Source of the DNA: Schmidtea polychroa
Lineage: Eukaryota
Length of the DNA stretch: 64,000 nucleotides
Direction: 5' to 3'
Assembly: GCA_044892525.1 (NCBI GenBank)
Contig: CM097887.1
Location: 50,592,001-50,656,000 of the forward strand
Position numbers and translations under genes: made by a program. Shown here in pieces: positions 1 to 13,559 of the stretch. How positions within the stretch are numbered: position 1 is the stretch's first letter; every line of letters begins with the position of its first letter. The notes beneath the pieces are model-generated. The model was given only the letters and a program-made list of their open reading frames with translations, ran no database searches and had not been told where the DNA came from.

Positions 1-1159
1 AAGAGCACTGGTTTAGATGAACACTGTTTCTAACAATACTTTAAAATTCGAAAGGTTATTAACGGAAAATGACGATTCTCCCTCCTGTGAATTTAACATA
101 TATTTACCATAGTTAGAGATTTTTTTAAGACCAATTACTAAATTATCAACTCATGAATTTGAGATACTTATTAAGATTATCCACATTGTTTGATTTACAA
201 TATTACACAACCCAATATTAGGGAAAATTTACCAATTAGGATTTTTGGGATTCGATATACCTATGGACAATTATGAATATTAGTATGATTTAAGCTACTA
301 TATAAACTTTGGAATAACCATCTACATTAAATGTTAATTAATTAAAGCACTGTGATCAGTTTACGTCTGGAGCTTTACTCCGTTTACTGACCCTTATTGT
401 AGTGTGTTGAGTTGATTTTTAGTGTTGAGTTTATTATATCGATTATCCATAACAAAAGTCAATTACAGAAAGTTGCTTGCTTTCGTGGCCACACTGTGTC
501 CACTACGACAAGCCCTAGTGTTATGTATGTAGATAATATACTACATACATATAAATATTATGATAACTCAGACAGTTCGGAGGGAGTTTACTGACTTAAC
601 TCCATGGCAGATACCATGAAGTGGTGCGACCTCCGCTGACACAAAACAAAAGAAATTATAATATTGATAAATGCATGTCAGGCAGTGGCCTGCAGTTGTC
701 AAGGCTGTTGGCTCAATGACAATGATGATTTTACTTTCAAATAAGACCCAAGACTGGCTTAGTTCGTGTGTAAGAATACGAACACTACGACCTGAGGCAC
801 TCTTGTGGAAAGGAAAAGAAAAAACATTATCGCAATATTAATGTATTAGAATTATAATAATACAAACTTAATCGACAAATATCCTTACTATTGACTTAAC
901 TTGGATTCACAATCGACAAATATGGTTCAAAAACTTTTTGGCATAAAGAGAATAATTGTGACGAAAATGTGGCGATATATATACCTATTTTTGTGTGTGC
1001 GAGTACGTGTGTATGCATTGATGTAATAAAACAAACTCGAATTCTTTTTTATTCTAGAACATTCTATTTTTGATTTTCGATGATTTTAATGGCGATTTTT
1101 GTGCCATAATTTTTGTTTTTATTTTTAAAATTTTATTTTTAAACATTTTTTGTTAAATT

Positions 1160-1510
1160 TGCCTCCATGATGGAATTGGGGCACCATTACACCACATTTC
1201 ATCACTTTTGCAAGATTTGGGTCAGTTCAAGCCCAACAATATAAATCTTTACGAATACCATCAATTAAATCTCTCCCGGCTAAATTAATTCAAGAAATAA
1301 CATGAGGCAACACATAACTTTCATAAATTGTCAGTGTGAGATATAGGATCACTAGAGTCCAGAACGATACCCCAGGAGCGACCTGAAGCGCACAAAGAAA
1401 GTACTGCTTGAATTGTAAAATACATAATTGTTGCATTAAATCTCTCCAAATTAATTTGAGTCATGGATCTTCTGTCAGCTTTGGGAATATTGAAAAGAAT
1501 TTCTCGATCA
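1160..1510 (-). pseudogene. ACT: Degraded, internally deleted actin fragment
   Basis: Manual minus-strand translation gives [48 protein letters not shown] / [16 protein letters not shown] / IRKDLY. This matches actin [47 protein letters not shown] and IRKDLY. It has frameshifts, stops and no introns. Bounds approximate. Confidence 0.85.
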
Positions 1511-2775
1511 GTTATTGAAATTTCATTGCCGGATGCGATAGATTTTAAATGAATAAAAAGAGAGCTAATATCATTGTGAAAACTAATGAATTCGTATCTA
1601 TTCTTTGAATTAAATCATTTCATTATGGAAACGAAAAAAAAACTCCAGAAATCTTCAGTTTTAATATTCCGCGAACAAAAACTCGTTTAAACAAAAAATT
1701 CTGAAACTTCCAGAAAACTCCAATTAAAAATCCAAAATACAATCGATTTCAAAATCGAAAACAACATTCAAAAACGCATTGTCTCGCTTCTGTGTGCGCA
1801 GCCTAACAGGCAAATACAATTGTAGTAGAATGTTATATTTTTATTTGATTTTACGGATTAAAACAAAAACTCAATTATGTTTTTTTATAATTATCATTTT
1901 TGCCCCCGTAGTGTTTGGGAAATTAAATGTTTTAGAAAACTATATAGTGATAATTTACTATAGTAAAATCAAATAAAAAAATAAATCGAAAAAAAATCAA
2001 ACTAAAAATATAAATAACAGATTAAAAATACCCCTTCTGTGAAATTACTTTATTGGATCAAAAGTTATTATCCTTATTATCCAAGCGACAAACTACTCAA
2101 AAGTATTCAGAGAATAATCGCAGTGTCGATCTACACGACAAACTATAAGAAATTATTCATATCCGATCCATCGCCGAGAACAATAAATTAAGGTTCTATT
2201 TTTGTCTTTTTCAATAAAAATTAGAATTGTAGTTCGTTAGTTACATTTTGTTCATTTATTATTATGAACTTTTTATTGTAACTGGCACTACACACATTCA
2301 CCCCAGCTTGCACATAATAGTTATTCAGATTATAATAGTAAGAAATTAATCAATCAGATTCATATTACAACTCAAAGTTATTAATATAAATAGATGAATT
2401 TTACCAATATTATTTATAAAAAGTCTCAAACTACATTCATAGTAGATTTATTAAACGGATTAATTTCCGATAATGAAAATGATGAGATCAAGAACTTTCA
2501 GTTGATCGTGGAACATACCGAGGAGATAATTGAAGACCAGTCAATTCAATAAGTCTTTATACTGAACTTGGAAACAACAAACTAGAAAATGAGATCATTC
2601 ATGGTTGTCGAAATACAGGGCAGAATTATAATGACCTTCCTCTATAAGAAGAATATGATAATCCAATCTGACTGACTTTGAAAATTATTTTAAGTGGTCC
2701 GTAGAGGTATTTCATTTTTTAACTATTATTATTCAGATAATTTAAGCCAAAGGAAACAAAGTTATTGTTAAGTGC

Positions 2776-3000
2776 AGGCCCGCCGGGGGGGGGGGGGACC
2801 GGGGGTGCAAATACACAGGGGCCCGGGTTCGATTTGTTATGTATTTAAATACATTACTGACACTTAAGTTGACTTACCTACAATCAGTTTAAAGTTCAAG
2901 AATCTGAATTCCATCAGAATAAATTGAACGAACATCAACAAGTAGTTAGATCAACATCGGTATCAATATTCAAAAATAAACTAAAAAAAAATTTTGAGTT
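2776..3000 (-). mobile_element. 3' end remnant of a hAT transposon
   Basis: Minus-strand LNIDTDVDLLLVDV resembles a hAT transposase C-terminus and is followed by a GC-rich terminus (plus strand CAGGCCCGCCGG...GGGGCCC). Confidence 0.5.
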
Positions 3001-4129
3001 TTTCATAATTTACATAATTTCTGAATTTGTCTTTCCATTTTGCTTCCAACCATACCCGTTCCCCCGGTTCAGTATTGATATTCGATTTTTAGTAAACTTT
3101 AACTAATTTTGTACTTTTATTGATCGGAACTTTTTATTGATTTTGACAATATTTGTTATACCTTCCTATTTTTTGGTTTTCATACTAGACCTACCATATC
3201 TACTCCCTTTAATTAAGATTCGTCCTCGAATTTACTTATTCACTATTTTTTATTAAAAAAGGGTAGAGTACCCTCAATATCATAAAAGGATACATAGAAT
3301 TACACTTTTAACAAAGTTATAAATTCCATACCTAAGTATTGTTAAAATAATATCAGAAACAAACTTCAATAAAAGATTTTGACCATAATACTATTTTTTT
3401 ATTTAAAAGTGAAAGAAATTAAAAATTAAATTAAAAAAATATTAAATATATGTTAAAATTACAAATTATATGTTTAACATACATGCGGGGTTTCAATAAT
3501 TTTTAAATAAATCATTATGTGAAATCGATTGAGTCACGGGAACATGAGAAAATTAAACAATTTTATATTACACATGCAAAATTGATCGAGTCGTTGGAAC
3601 ATATGTGAAAAAATAAATACAACAGATTTGAGAACAATATTGGTAATAATAATTTATTAATTAAACACATGTGGAGTTCAAATAGATATTGGCAATAATA
3701 ATAATAATTGAATTGTACATAATAATAAATTTTGGTAATAATAACAATAATAGTAAATGCTCTCATTTTTATAAAATTTTTATAAAATTTTAAGACTTTC
3801 AATACTTTTTACCATTTTAATTAACAATAATTTTATTTTACTGCTTGACAGATTTAATAAAAGTAATGATAGAAATCAAATATCACTTATTAAATATAAT
3901 AATGTTCAAGTGAATCCTTAAGAGAAATATATGTATGTTATAAAAAGTTTAAATTTAGAGAAAAGTGAACAAAATTTAAAATTTGAATCAAGAAACATAA
4001 ATAATCATTTTGAATTTTTTAACATTTTAAGTAGTTTGATAATTATCATCTCTCTCAGAATCAACGCTTGAAGAATGTCTGAAGATTTGTCAAACAAAGA
4101 GAGAAATAGTACAATGTCTAAATTCTAAA

Positions 4130-5740
4130 TCTAACACCGAAGTTCAAGAACAATTTGACCCAATATCCTCAAACACGGCAAACACTACTATTGACAGTCA
4201 GCTACCAGATTGCTAGAATGAGAAACAATTAAGGATATTTACAGAGCAATATAAATGGTTAGTAGATGAAAAATTATGTTGTCAAGAGTGTTCACAAATA
4301 AAGAACTTGGGAATAGAAACCGAAAAACATATACATGTTTCAAATGAATGGATGTCGGGGTTGATTGTACCCAACGGATCGAAAAAAGAATCCAGACAAG
4401 CCTCTCTTCGCAAAAAAATAAAAGAACATTCCTTATCTCAAGTGCTTATTAGAATTCAGGAGATTATAAATCAACATGAAAAACAAGTTTTGCTCACTAT
4501 GGTTGACGTTTTTAATACGAAAGTAATTAATAAGACAGTAAAAATTTTCAACACTGTTTATAGTCTCGTAAAGAGCAATCAACCACTATCTGATATAGAT
4601 ACTGCTTTGGAATTGCAAGAAAAAAATGGCGTTGATATTGGAAATTGTTTACATTCCAGATATACTGCTACTAATATTGCGCAACATAATGCTACCGAAA
4701 TTAAAAGAATGGTGTTTAAAAACATTATCAAACAAAATTCAAAAATCTGTATTATAATAGATGAGGCATCAACGTTTGCTAAGTACTTTGGTATTATTTT
4801 TACAGTGTGAAATAGAATCTGCAGTTGAGCCAGTGATGGTTTTTGTGGGATTTAAAAGAATTGACATCTACCAGTGCAGAAAATATCCTCAGGATATTAC
4901 TAGACTGTTTGACAGAATATGGATTCAATAACGATTATTTACGAAAAAATATTATAGCATTCATTAAGAGCAATAGAAATGCGAAAAACTGATTTTGGAA
5001 AGCATGAAATACAAGTTCCAAGTTTAACTATTTCAGATGACTTCAAATGTGTACCGTTCGAAAACAATAATAAATTTAAATCTATTTCAAGAGAAAAATT
5101 ATTGGATGGTGTTGACCAGAATATGGAGCTTAGACTATTCATTTGATGGTCATTTGATGAAATACTTTGGCCGAAAGAGGAAGAAAAAGTTACTAAATTA
5201 TGTGAAATTCTAAAATTTAACATTGATATCAACGAATTTTGTGATTTTGTTGATGTTAACATACAGTCACAAAATATTCAGTTGCCTAAAACAATTTTGA
5301 AGGCAAAGAAAATAGCTAACACCATAACAGTTAGCAGTGCAGAAGCCGAACGAGGATTTAGTTTGCTGAATACAATTGTAACAAAATTAAGAACTAGCTT
5401 AACAATAGATAACATTGCAGATCTAATGTCCATAAATTTATTGGGAAAGCCAGTCAATAATTTCGATGCAACACCCATGGCAAAGTCGTGGATAAATGAA
5501 AATCACAGACTGGTAACGGAGACGAGTGAAAAAAAAGGCCGCGATGTTTTCCGAAAATGAAGTAGGCACGTGGAGCTTATATTAATACATTACTTCATTT
5601 CCCGTTGTAATACTGTTTATATTTATGTATTAATGTATGCTTAATGTATTATATGTATAATCTTCAATATAATTAAAATATAAAATTGTTTGGTTTTTTT
5701 AGCGAGCCGGTTGTTTAACTCTTTGGCAACACACCCCTGA
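4130..5740 (+). mobile_element. hAT transposase pseudogene (KIAA1586/ZNF862-like), internally deleted
   Basis: ORFs 4307-4810 (CIIIDEAST) and 5282-5560 (TITVSSAEAERGFSLLNTIVTKLRTSL, hAT dimerisation motif) with frameshifts between them; terminus-like ...ACACACCCCTG at about 5730-5739. Confidence 0.85.
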
Positions 5741-6619
5741 AAACTAGTATGTATATTTTATATATAAGTACCGAAAAAATTATGACCATTAATATATACA
5801 GATGACTCATTATTTTTTATAGAATTCTTTTCCATGTAATAACAATGAGACTGAGTCATTCCATGAGTCATGAAGTAGGTCAAGGTCATTGAAACAAATT
5901 TCCTATTCTATCTTGATTTTTATAGGCTATAAAATAAAGTCGTTAATTTGGCATATATGAATAAAAAATTCATTTTATATCACAATTGTACGACAATAAA
6001 GAAATAATTAATGGTAAGTTACTTGTAACCACTTTTATTCAAAATTAATTTTATATGTAGATAAGAACAATATTATTATTATTAATTTTAAATATGGATT
6101 GACACTGGTGATGCTTATGCTGCCAATAATGATTAAAATACAGATGATGCCTATGCTACAAGGAATGCCTGAAATATTATAAGGAAATGTAAAAATTATT
6201 TTATTGAGAATGTCTTTTAATTAATTTTTATATTAATTTAACCCTTTCAGACTCGGTGTATATACAGGGTCGTAAGGCAGTATTACGCCCTGTGCGATTC
6301 ATATATCTGGCTCTCCCCAGCATGCGAATTCAAAACAAGTCTGCTATAAAAAGTCTATAATATAATGTTCATGTTACGATTGTTGACTATTTAATATTTA
6401 TTCATCTCCAGCTAATTCATTTTCAAAGGCAGACGAGAACAATATGGCCAATGCGATTTGCATAATGTCAGGGTGGCGATTTTACAAAATACACACCTAA
6501 TGCAAGCTAATGGACCAGTCCAACCAATAATGTCAAAGATAAGATGACATGTGATAATTTTTTATTTATTCATATTTTTTGGTAACACTAAAACTATTTT
6601 ACATCCCAATTTTGCGCCC

Positions 6620-6827
6620 NNNNNNNNNNNNNNNNNNNNNNNNNNNNNNNNNNNNNNNNNNNNNNNNNNNNNNNNNNNNNNNNNNNNNNNNNNNNNNNNN
6701 NNNNNNNNNNNNNNNNNNNNNNNNNNNNNNNNNNNNNNNNNNNNNNNNNNNNNNNNNNNNNNNNNNNNNNNNNNNNNNNNNNNNNNNNNNNNNNNNNNNN
6801 NNNNNNNNNNNNNNNNNNNNNNNNNNN
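6620..6827. other. Assembly gap (208 N)
   Basis: Run of N. Confidence 1.
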
Positions 6828-7034
6828 TAAAATTAAATAACATTGACCTTCTTGCTTTTGAAAATTATATATATTTTTACGTAGTTGCCCCGCCGTATAT
6901 TTTTCCTAACTTATATTCAAAATTTAACAAATTTATTAAAAAAATATTTTTTACTTCAAGCAAAAAAAAATCAGGTCTAAAGGTTGAATCTTTATATTTT
7001 TGAAAGTATTGAAAATAATTTGTATGATCTAAAC

Positions 7035-7054
7035 CAGCGTTTACCAAATTGTGG
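7035..7054 (+). mobile_element. Charlie/Buster-type hAT terminal inverted repeat, orphan left end
   Basis: CAGCGTTTACCAAATTGTGG resembles the CAGNGTTTCCCAAACTGTGG-type terminus. Confidence 0.5.
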
Positions 7055-8249
7055 TACGCGAACAGGTGATAGGTGGTTCACCAAAACATTTTCAAATTCT
7101 TCAATTTAATGCTTTTTTTATTTACCAAACTAACATTTAATTAAATTTTTATCGATTGAAAAAGAGAGTCTTGTAATAAAATATAATTTTTAATTATCTA
7201 ATTTAATTCACAAATTCAGACTCTACTGTGAAGTTCATCATCAATTAAAAAATCTTCAGGACAAAAAAAATAAAAAAATGGATTAGAAAATCTATCAAAA
7301 CGTGTGTGCTGAATCAGCAGCACTTACAGAAACTGACCACTCACTGAAGCTTGTCGGCAAAACTCTGTAATGTCCAGTGTGCAGATGGACGCGTACCAGA
7401 GTTGATCCGGAGAATAGCAACCGAAGAAAGCAATCAATCGTTTAATCTTTGCAAAAATGGGCATGTCGTGAATGAAATCGTCCGCAATCAATCAAAAAAT
7501 TCAGGATCCAAAAAACAAAATCAAGAAGTCTATTCAAATTTCTCAAGGGACTAAAGCAAAACCTCGCGAAGAACCTAATTCTACTCAAAGCTTCAAGAAA
7601 TCCTACTCAACTCTACGAAGAAACAACAGAAACTGAAGCTCAAAATTCCTAAGAGGATTATCAAATAACATAAAAACAGAAATATCAGAAAAAGTGAGAA
7701 TCGAGTTAGAAAATAAAACAGCTGAACAACCAACTCGACTAAACATTTGAATTTCTGAGATAATCGAACCTGAAGTAAATATAAAAATGATTTGAATTTA
7801 TTTAATTAAATTTGATTTTGATGGTAATTTTTATGGAATAGGATTCAAATTTTTGTGACTTTAATATTTTACAATTTATTTTTTAGTGAACATGCATTCT
7901 AATATGCTTTGAATAAAAATTTTCCAATGAATCGTATTTAGTTATTGAAGATAGCTTCCGTGTTATTTATTATTTTATTAGCTACTGGCATGATTTCCTT
8001 TAAATTTTATTATTTTAGGACTATAATATATAAACAGACCTTTAATTTCTTTATAGAATGGCAATGATGACTCTCTTTCGTCCAGGTTTAAAGTTTTTGA
8101 AAAAAATGACAAAATTCAAAAACCTCATCGTTTTATTTTTTGAGCTTTTCTTTTACAATTTTAATTTTTCAATCAATGGTTTCTACCGTTTTGACAAATT
8201 CACTGTTTGAAACGTGTTACCAAATTACAAGAAAGGCGAAATACTGATG

Positions 8250-8690
8250 AAACCTTAAGAAAACGCGGAAACGACGTGAGAGTTTTTAGATTTTTTAACC
8301 GTTCAAGATGGTGAGAATATTTATTTTATAGACGAGGTTGTCTTCAATATAAATATTCGGCCAACAATAGGATGAGCACCAAGAGGTGTTCAGTAACTCG
8401 GAAATATAAGAACAAAAAATATTTCCATTTGTGCTGTAATCAGTAAAGAGGATTATTTTATAGGCAACAAACCGATGCATATAGTACTGTAGATTATACC
8501 AATTTAATTAATGATTTAATTGCCGAGTTTGCTCGAAGAGGAATTAATAATGCAATTTTAATATGTAATAATGTTGCATTTCACAGAAACCCAAATGCAA
8601 TTCTCAATATTCTCCATTTCTGAATCCGATTGAGAATATGTTTTCTCAACGGAAAGAAGATGTGAATGTATCGATAACTATTATAGTCAA
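8250..8690 (+). mobile_element. IS630/Tc1/mariner-superfamily transposase remnant
   Basis: Manual translation: FIDEVVFN..IG*APRG, ISICAVIS, ILICNNVAFH, PFLNPIENMFS, i.e. degenerate D, D and E motif regions. Confidence 0.75.
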
Positions 8691-8691
8691 A

Positions 8692-11158
8692 TGTTGGGAG
8701 TGGTGGGTTACAGATAAGCATACATTTTACCCATTCGTGCTGTTACCAGCGTAACCCAGAATACAATAACAATTTCTCCTCCGCTTGATACCCACTGAGT
8801 GTTCAACTTTGGTACTGAATCAAGTGTTGAGTGCTTGCAAAAAAAATATATGTCCTGGCCGTGTTGTCACATTTCTAAATTGACAATAATACACATGAAT
8901 TACGTGACCGTTAATGGCGACTAAGGCCTAAAATATGGTACTTCAGTTTATATCTAAACCCTGATACGGTCATCCGTCGATTCCTTTATTCATTTACGCC
9001 CGTGTTACGTTAAGGGTAAGATTGTCTTACTCATTTAAAATACCTAAACCCCAAGAAAAAATTAGTCAATTAGATTTTCTATAAATTCTTATTTTCCAAT
9101 TTATTTATTTATGTTTAACTTTGAACACAAATCTCCATAATTATCAACGATTTTAAATTTCATAATTTTTAATAATTCAAAATTTTTTTATTCTATCTTC
9201 GCTCCTCAACCCAACTACATCAGGCAAAAAGTATTGGTTCTGGGTTTTATGTTCGAGTCTCATACTTCTCCCCTGGAAGTGGTTGTAGAAAGTAGCACAA
9301 TCAACGGTGGCGTTTATTGGATGCCAACACCTACTATCTAGCTTTGTAATTCCTTAATATTTTTAGCATTTAGGTAACCTGACCTCAGATCTCTTATCCT
9401 CAGTGAATGCTATCATTTGATGATTTCGGAAAATATTTCCACACTATAACTGATCGGTCGAATGTAGTGAGAATGGTTATATAGTTATCATCATCATCAT
9501 GGTAAATTCCTTGTTTATCATTATTATTTTAACCACTGCCATTTGCTTGATCTCATGAAAATAAATCCGACTGGCTCATTATGCAAAATATTCAATACAT
9601 TACACTCGATGCGAGGACTTCGCAGGTTTTCATGTATTCTAACATCCGACAATGGTTGTAAGTAAATTCTAGCTTGGATTGGAACGATAAGACTGAAAGG
9701 ATTCTCTAGATCTCCCAAGGTTTTCAAGCAACTGGTCTATTTAACTTTTGTTGAAGGGTATGAACATATCGATACGATATCCGTTGTCAGGGTTAGTAGA
9801 TTCCATGTGTAAGGATGAAATGAAAGTTTTGTTTATCTATCTGTGAACTGCGAATGGTAACGATGAAATTTTTGACCACCGTGGCTCGCTAACGCCTCAA
9901 TCACTGCACTTTCTACAATTCAATTTTATCAGAATCTACGTTCGATTTGATGTGACATTTAAATTCTGACAATATGTGATACTCAATACATTGTTCGAAT
10001 AATTTGCTGTTCTTTACCGGCGAGGAGGCCGTGAGGAAGCCCCCACATTTCGGCCCAAATTATCAGCCGAGTGACTGAAGATACAGTGTACCCACCAGTC
10101 CGAGCATCCCGAAAGTACCCCTATGCTACCAAGTATGAACTCAAGTATGCCATTCTCAACTCCGCTATCAGGTTGTCATATTCATAAATAGATATCGTTA
10201 ATAGCATATATAATTGTAGATTATGATAAAACATATAAATGAAAAATACTACTCAAATGAAAATTTTTTGTGACCTTGTGGTCCATAAGAAAAGGAAGAG
10301 AAAATTATTCTTTAAAATTTAATTAAAGTATTACAAATTTGCTGGTACATGTATAATACGAATGTACAAAAGATTTACCGATTTGTCAAAAAGGTATTTC
10401 CGAAATAAGTTGGCAAAAATGAATTCTAAGTTTACTAGATATCGAATAGAATTATAACTGAAGTATACGAGTTGGTTTCGATGGGCGCTGAAATCTGAAT
10501 GAATTGAAAATAGTAATCCCGAAAATTTATTGAATTCGTCTGAGTGAAAACAATCGTGTTTGCTAGTTCTTTATATACTTTCTCGGGTAAGGTTTCCGAC
10601 GAATCATAGTTGGCCTGATTTATTTTAACTAATTTATTTTTTGATTTTGCGGTTTTATCGTTTCATTGGTTGGATTTAAATTCCAATTTTAATTATTTCG
10701 ATTTTACGTTTTTTTTAATTTTAGTTTTTGTGTTATTTTTCTGACTATTGATTGTTGTTTTGTTTCGTTTGTTTTTTCTTTATTTTCGCCTTTAGATCTT
10801 ATTAATTAATTATTTGTTTATTATGTTTATTTTTGTAATTTAATTTCTACGTGCCTGATTACTTTTAAATATTAAATTTTATCTTTCTCGATTGCTCTTT
10901 TTTATTATTATTCATTTTTTGTTTTGTTAATCTAATTTCCTTGTTTTATTTTGATTTTTCCTTACATTATTAAAGCATCTACACGACCCGTTCATTGCTT
11001 TTCTTATTTTTTCTCTTACGACAAGAAGCAAAAAAACATATTTGGAAGAAGTTTATTATTTTCATTCCGTTTTCAGCCCAACAGTATTCTCTAGGTGTTA
11101 TTACAAAAAGAAACAAAAAGTTTAAGGAAATCATGAAAATTGAGTTTTCAGCCCAACA
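8692..11158 (-). mobile_element. Possible third LTR-like unit, reverse orientation
   Basis: TGTTGGG at 8692 and CCCAACA at 11152-11158 (repeated at 11077-11083). On the minus strand the start TGTTGGGCTGAAAA resembles the start of the 29935 unit and is followed by an A-rich tract and TATATAAA (plus 10570-10577). No matching TSD found. Confidence 0.35.
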
Positions 11159-11505
11159 ATCTAAATTTCCTTTATTTACAATACTTTCACAAGCGAGAAT
11201 AGTAATTTTGACAAACTAAAAGAATATTTGAAAAATCATCAGTTACAATATCTAGATTTCGAATTTAGTCATTATTTTACATACGACATAAACAATAATC
11301 CTATTGGCGTATTAAGATACAGACCACATTTATTAACTAAAATTCAAAATCATTGTAACCAATATCATTGCCTTATTCATTATAAATATCGACTTCCCAA
11401 GTGACCAATCGTACCGATTGAAATGTTTATGTTTGCATATAAGTTAAAAGCCATAGTATGAACGGGCGCCATAAAAATTTAACAACGATAACTGGATAAT
11501 GCTAA

Positions 11506-13127
11506 TGTTTGGCCAGGAAAAGAAAAATTTCTTTCAACCAAGTTTTAATTATCTTTTGGTTTAAGCGTAGAATCTTGTTTCTTTTTTAAGTTAGGGATGT
11601 AAACATTTTAAAATCAACTAAAATAACAATAAATAGAAGATTAGATTAAAAATAATTAAACACAAATGATAATAAATAGAAGTTTAGATTAAAAAATGAT
11701 AATAAAACTAAAACGATAATAAATAGAGGTTAGATCAAAAATAATTAAACTAAAATGAAAATAAATGGAGGTTAGATAAAAAAGAATAATTAAACTTAAA
11801 TGACAAAAATAGAATTTTAGATTAGAAATAAGATCAGAAAAAATAAAAATACGAACAGTCAAGAATAAAGCAGATAAAATAAATTAACAAAGATATAATT
11901 AATAATTAAATTAACAAAATAAAAATTAAAAGAAAAACAATAAAATAACAAATAAAATAGAAAAATGTGCAATATGCACAATTGCTTAATCCTGATTGGA
12001 TAAGACAGTAGGAAATATATATCAATCAGTAACGTAGTTGAATTTTCTAATGTTATTTTCTAAAAACTTCTATATTACTTGTTTTATTATTACAATATGA
12101 TAATTTATGATATTTATGTATTTGAATTATAATAATTAAACTTTAATGGCAACGTTTTCTTTTTTCTCCAATTTATTAAACGATTATCCTTTACAGTAAA
12201 TAATCACAATTAATTCGAATTTTATGAGATCACAATTTTTATGATTTTGTTTTTATGAATGTGGCCGGATTGAACGATGTTCGTGAGGTGTTGGCGTGCT
12301 GATGCTACAGCGGATATTCGACAGTTCGGAGCATTGTTTTTATGAATAGAATTATTTTAGACTGTTTAGAAAGTAATAGATAAGAAGTATGGTAATCCGT
12401 GGAAGGGTAGATCTTTTGACTGATTGTAGAATATAACACGGTTAGCATCAGGTTGAGTAGAGAGAGGTTTTGTTTTGAAATGAAATTCAGTTGGAGATAT
12501 CGAAAATATTCCATTTTGGTGAGCACGAATCAATTCGTTAGCATAAGCCTATGGTTGGAAGACACAGCTCGAGATAGATATCTATCATCTGCTGCGAGAA
12601 CCAGAAGGGAGCGAGTTTTGGGTAGTCACAGGAAGAATGCTCAAGTTATCAAAGATTCTCATAGGTATCGTCACTGATCTCCAGTGTATCAACTAGTTGG
12701 CGAATGCTCTTTATCATTAACTTTTAATACAAAATATAATTTGATGTTTTCTTTTACTTGTCTTCTATGATGAAATGTATTTGGTCAAGCGGTTGATTAG
12801 ATTGATGTACGAGAGAAAGTTAGAAAAACCTTGATCGGACCAGAGGTTTAGCGTGGATATTATTGTCAACAATTTATGGGGATACAAGACCTTCTGTCGG
12901 CCAACCGGAACTCGAAAATGAAGATATCACGAGGAATAGTTTTAGCAATGGAGTGCACCTGCTCATGAATTTTCAGCCATTGTGTGCAGCACCAACATCG
13001 TCGTCGCCATGGGTACGCAGATGGTTTAAAGATAACAGTCATGGAAGTGTTTAGGAAGGAGTCGCTTCGAGAATCTATAAATACCGATACTACATTTAAA
13101 TATGACACAACCCTAAGCGGCCCAACA
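11506..13127 (+). mobile_element. 1622-bp solo-LTR-like unit with 4-bp TSD
   Basis: Termini TGTTTGGCC / GGCCCAACA (9-bp inverted repeat, 1 mismatch), flanked by CTAA on both sides (11502-11505, 13128-13131). Contains an A-rich tract, CTGATTGG (11992-11999) and a TATA-like element (12016-12022). Its 3' block is homologous to 33100-33405. Confidence 0.7.
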
Positions 13128-13559
13128 CTAAGATAGTTTATCTTTAATTAGTAAACAGTCAAACTTGAAATCGTCGCATCAAGGCACACCTCTTTATGCA
13201 TCCCGTCAAAATGTGTCGCGTATCTAATTAACCTGCCGAACAATAATATGTTTGTTAAATTTATTTCAAGTCAACGAGATAGATAATAATGGAAATAATT
13301 AATCTTTGTCTAATCCAATTAAATAGACAAAATATTTGATAAAGGAAAAGAGTAATCCTCGTTTAATCTAATCAAATCAGAAAAATACACAATAGTGGAA
13401 GTAAGGGAAATATAATGGAAATAATAGATCTTTGTATAGTCGAATAAAGTCAGCGAAATATAGAAATAAGGAAAATCATTAATCTTCGTCAAATTTAATT
13501 AACACAGCTTCTCAGCGCTTCGATACCAGCAATCTCTTGATCTTCTATTGAAATTTCAT

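Noticed and set aside
676-830. tRNA-derived SINE-like head (GGCAGTGGCCTGCAGTTGTCAAGGCTGTTGGC)
   Set aside because: A-box-like only; no B box or cloverleaf found.
6551-7003. ORFs spanning poly-X
   Set aside because: Artefacts of the N gap.
10070-10130. CTGAAGA...CGAAAGTAC hammerhead-like motif
   Set aside because: Lacks the required U-H cleavage dinucleotide after stem III and has no clear stem II.
12390-12710. Gag-like W..W motif (ENIPFW*ARINSLA*AYGW) inside the 1622-bp unit
   Set aside because: Requires reading through about six stops, and an alternative frame (12453-12677) is more open; cannot be supported without a profile search.
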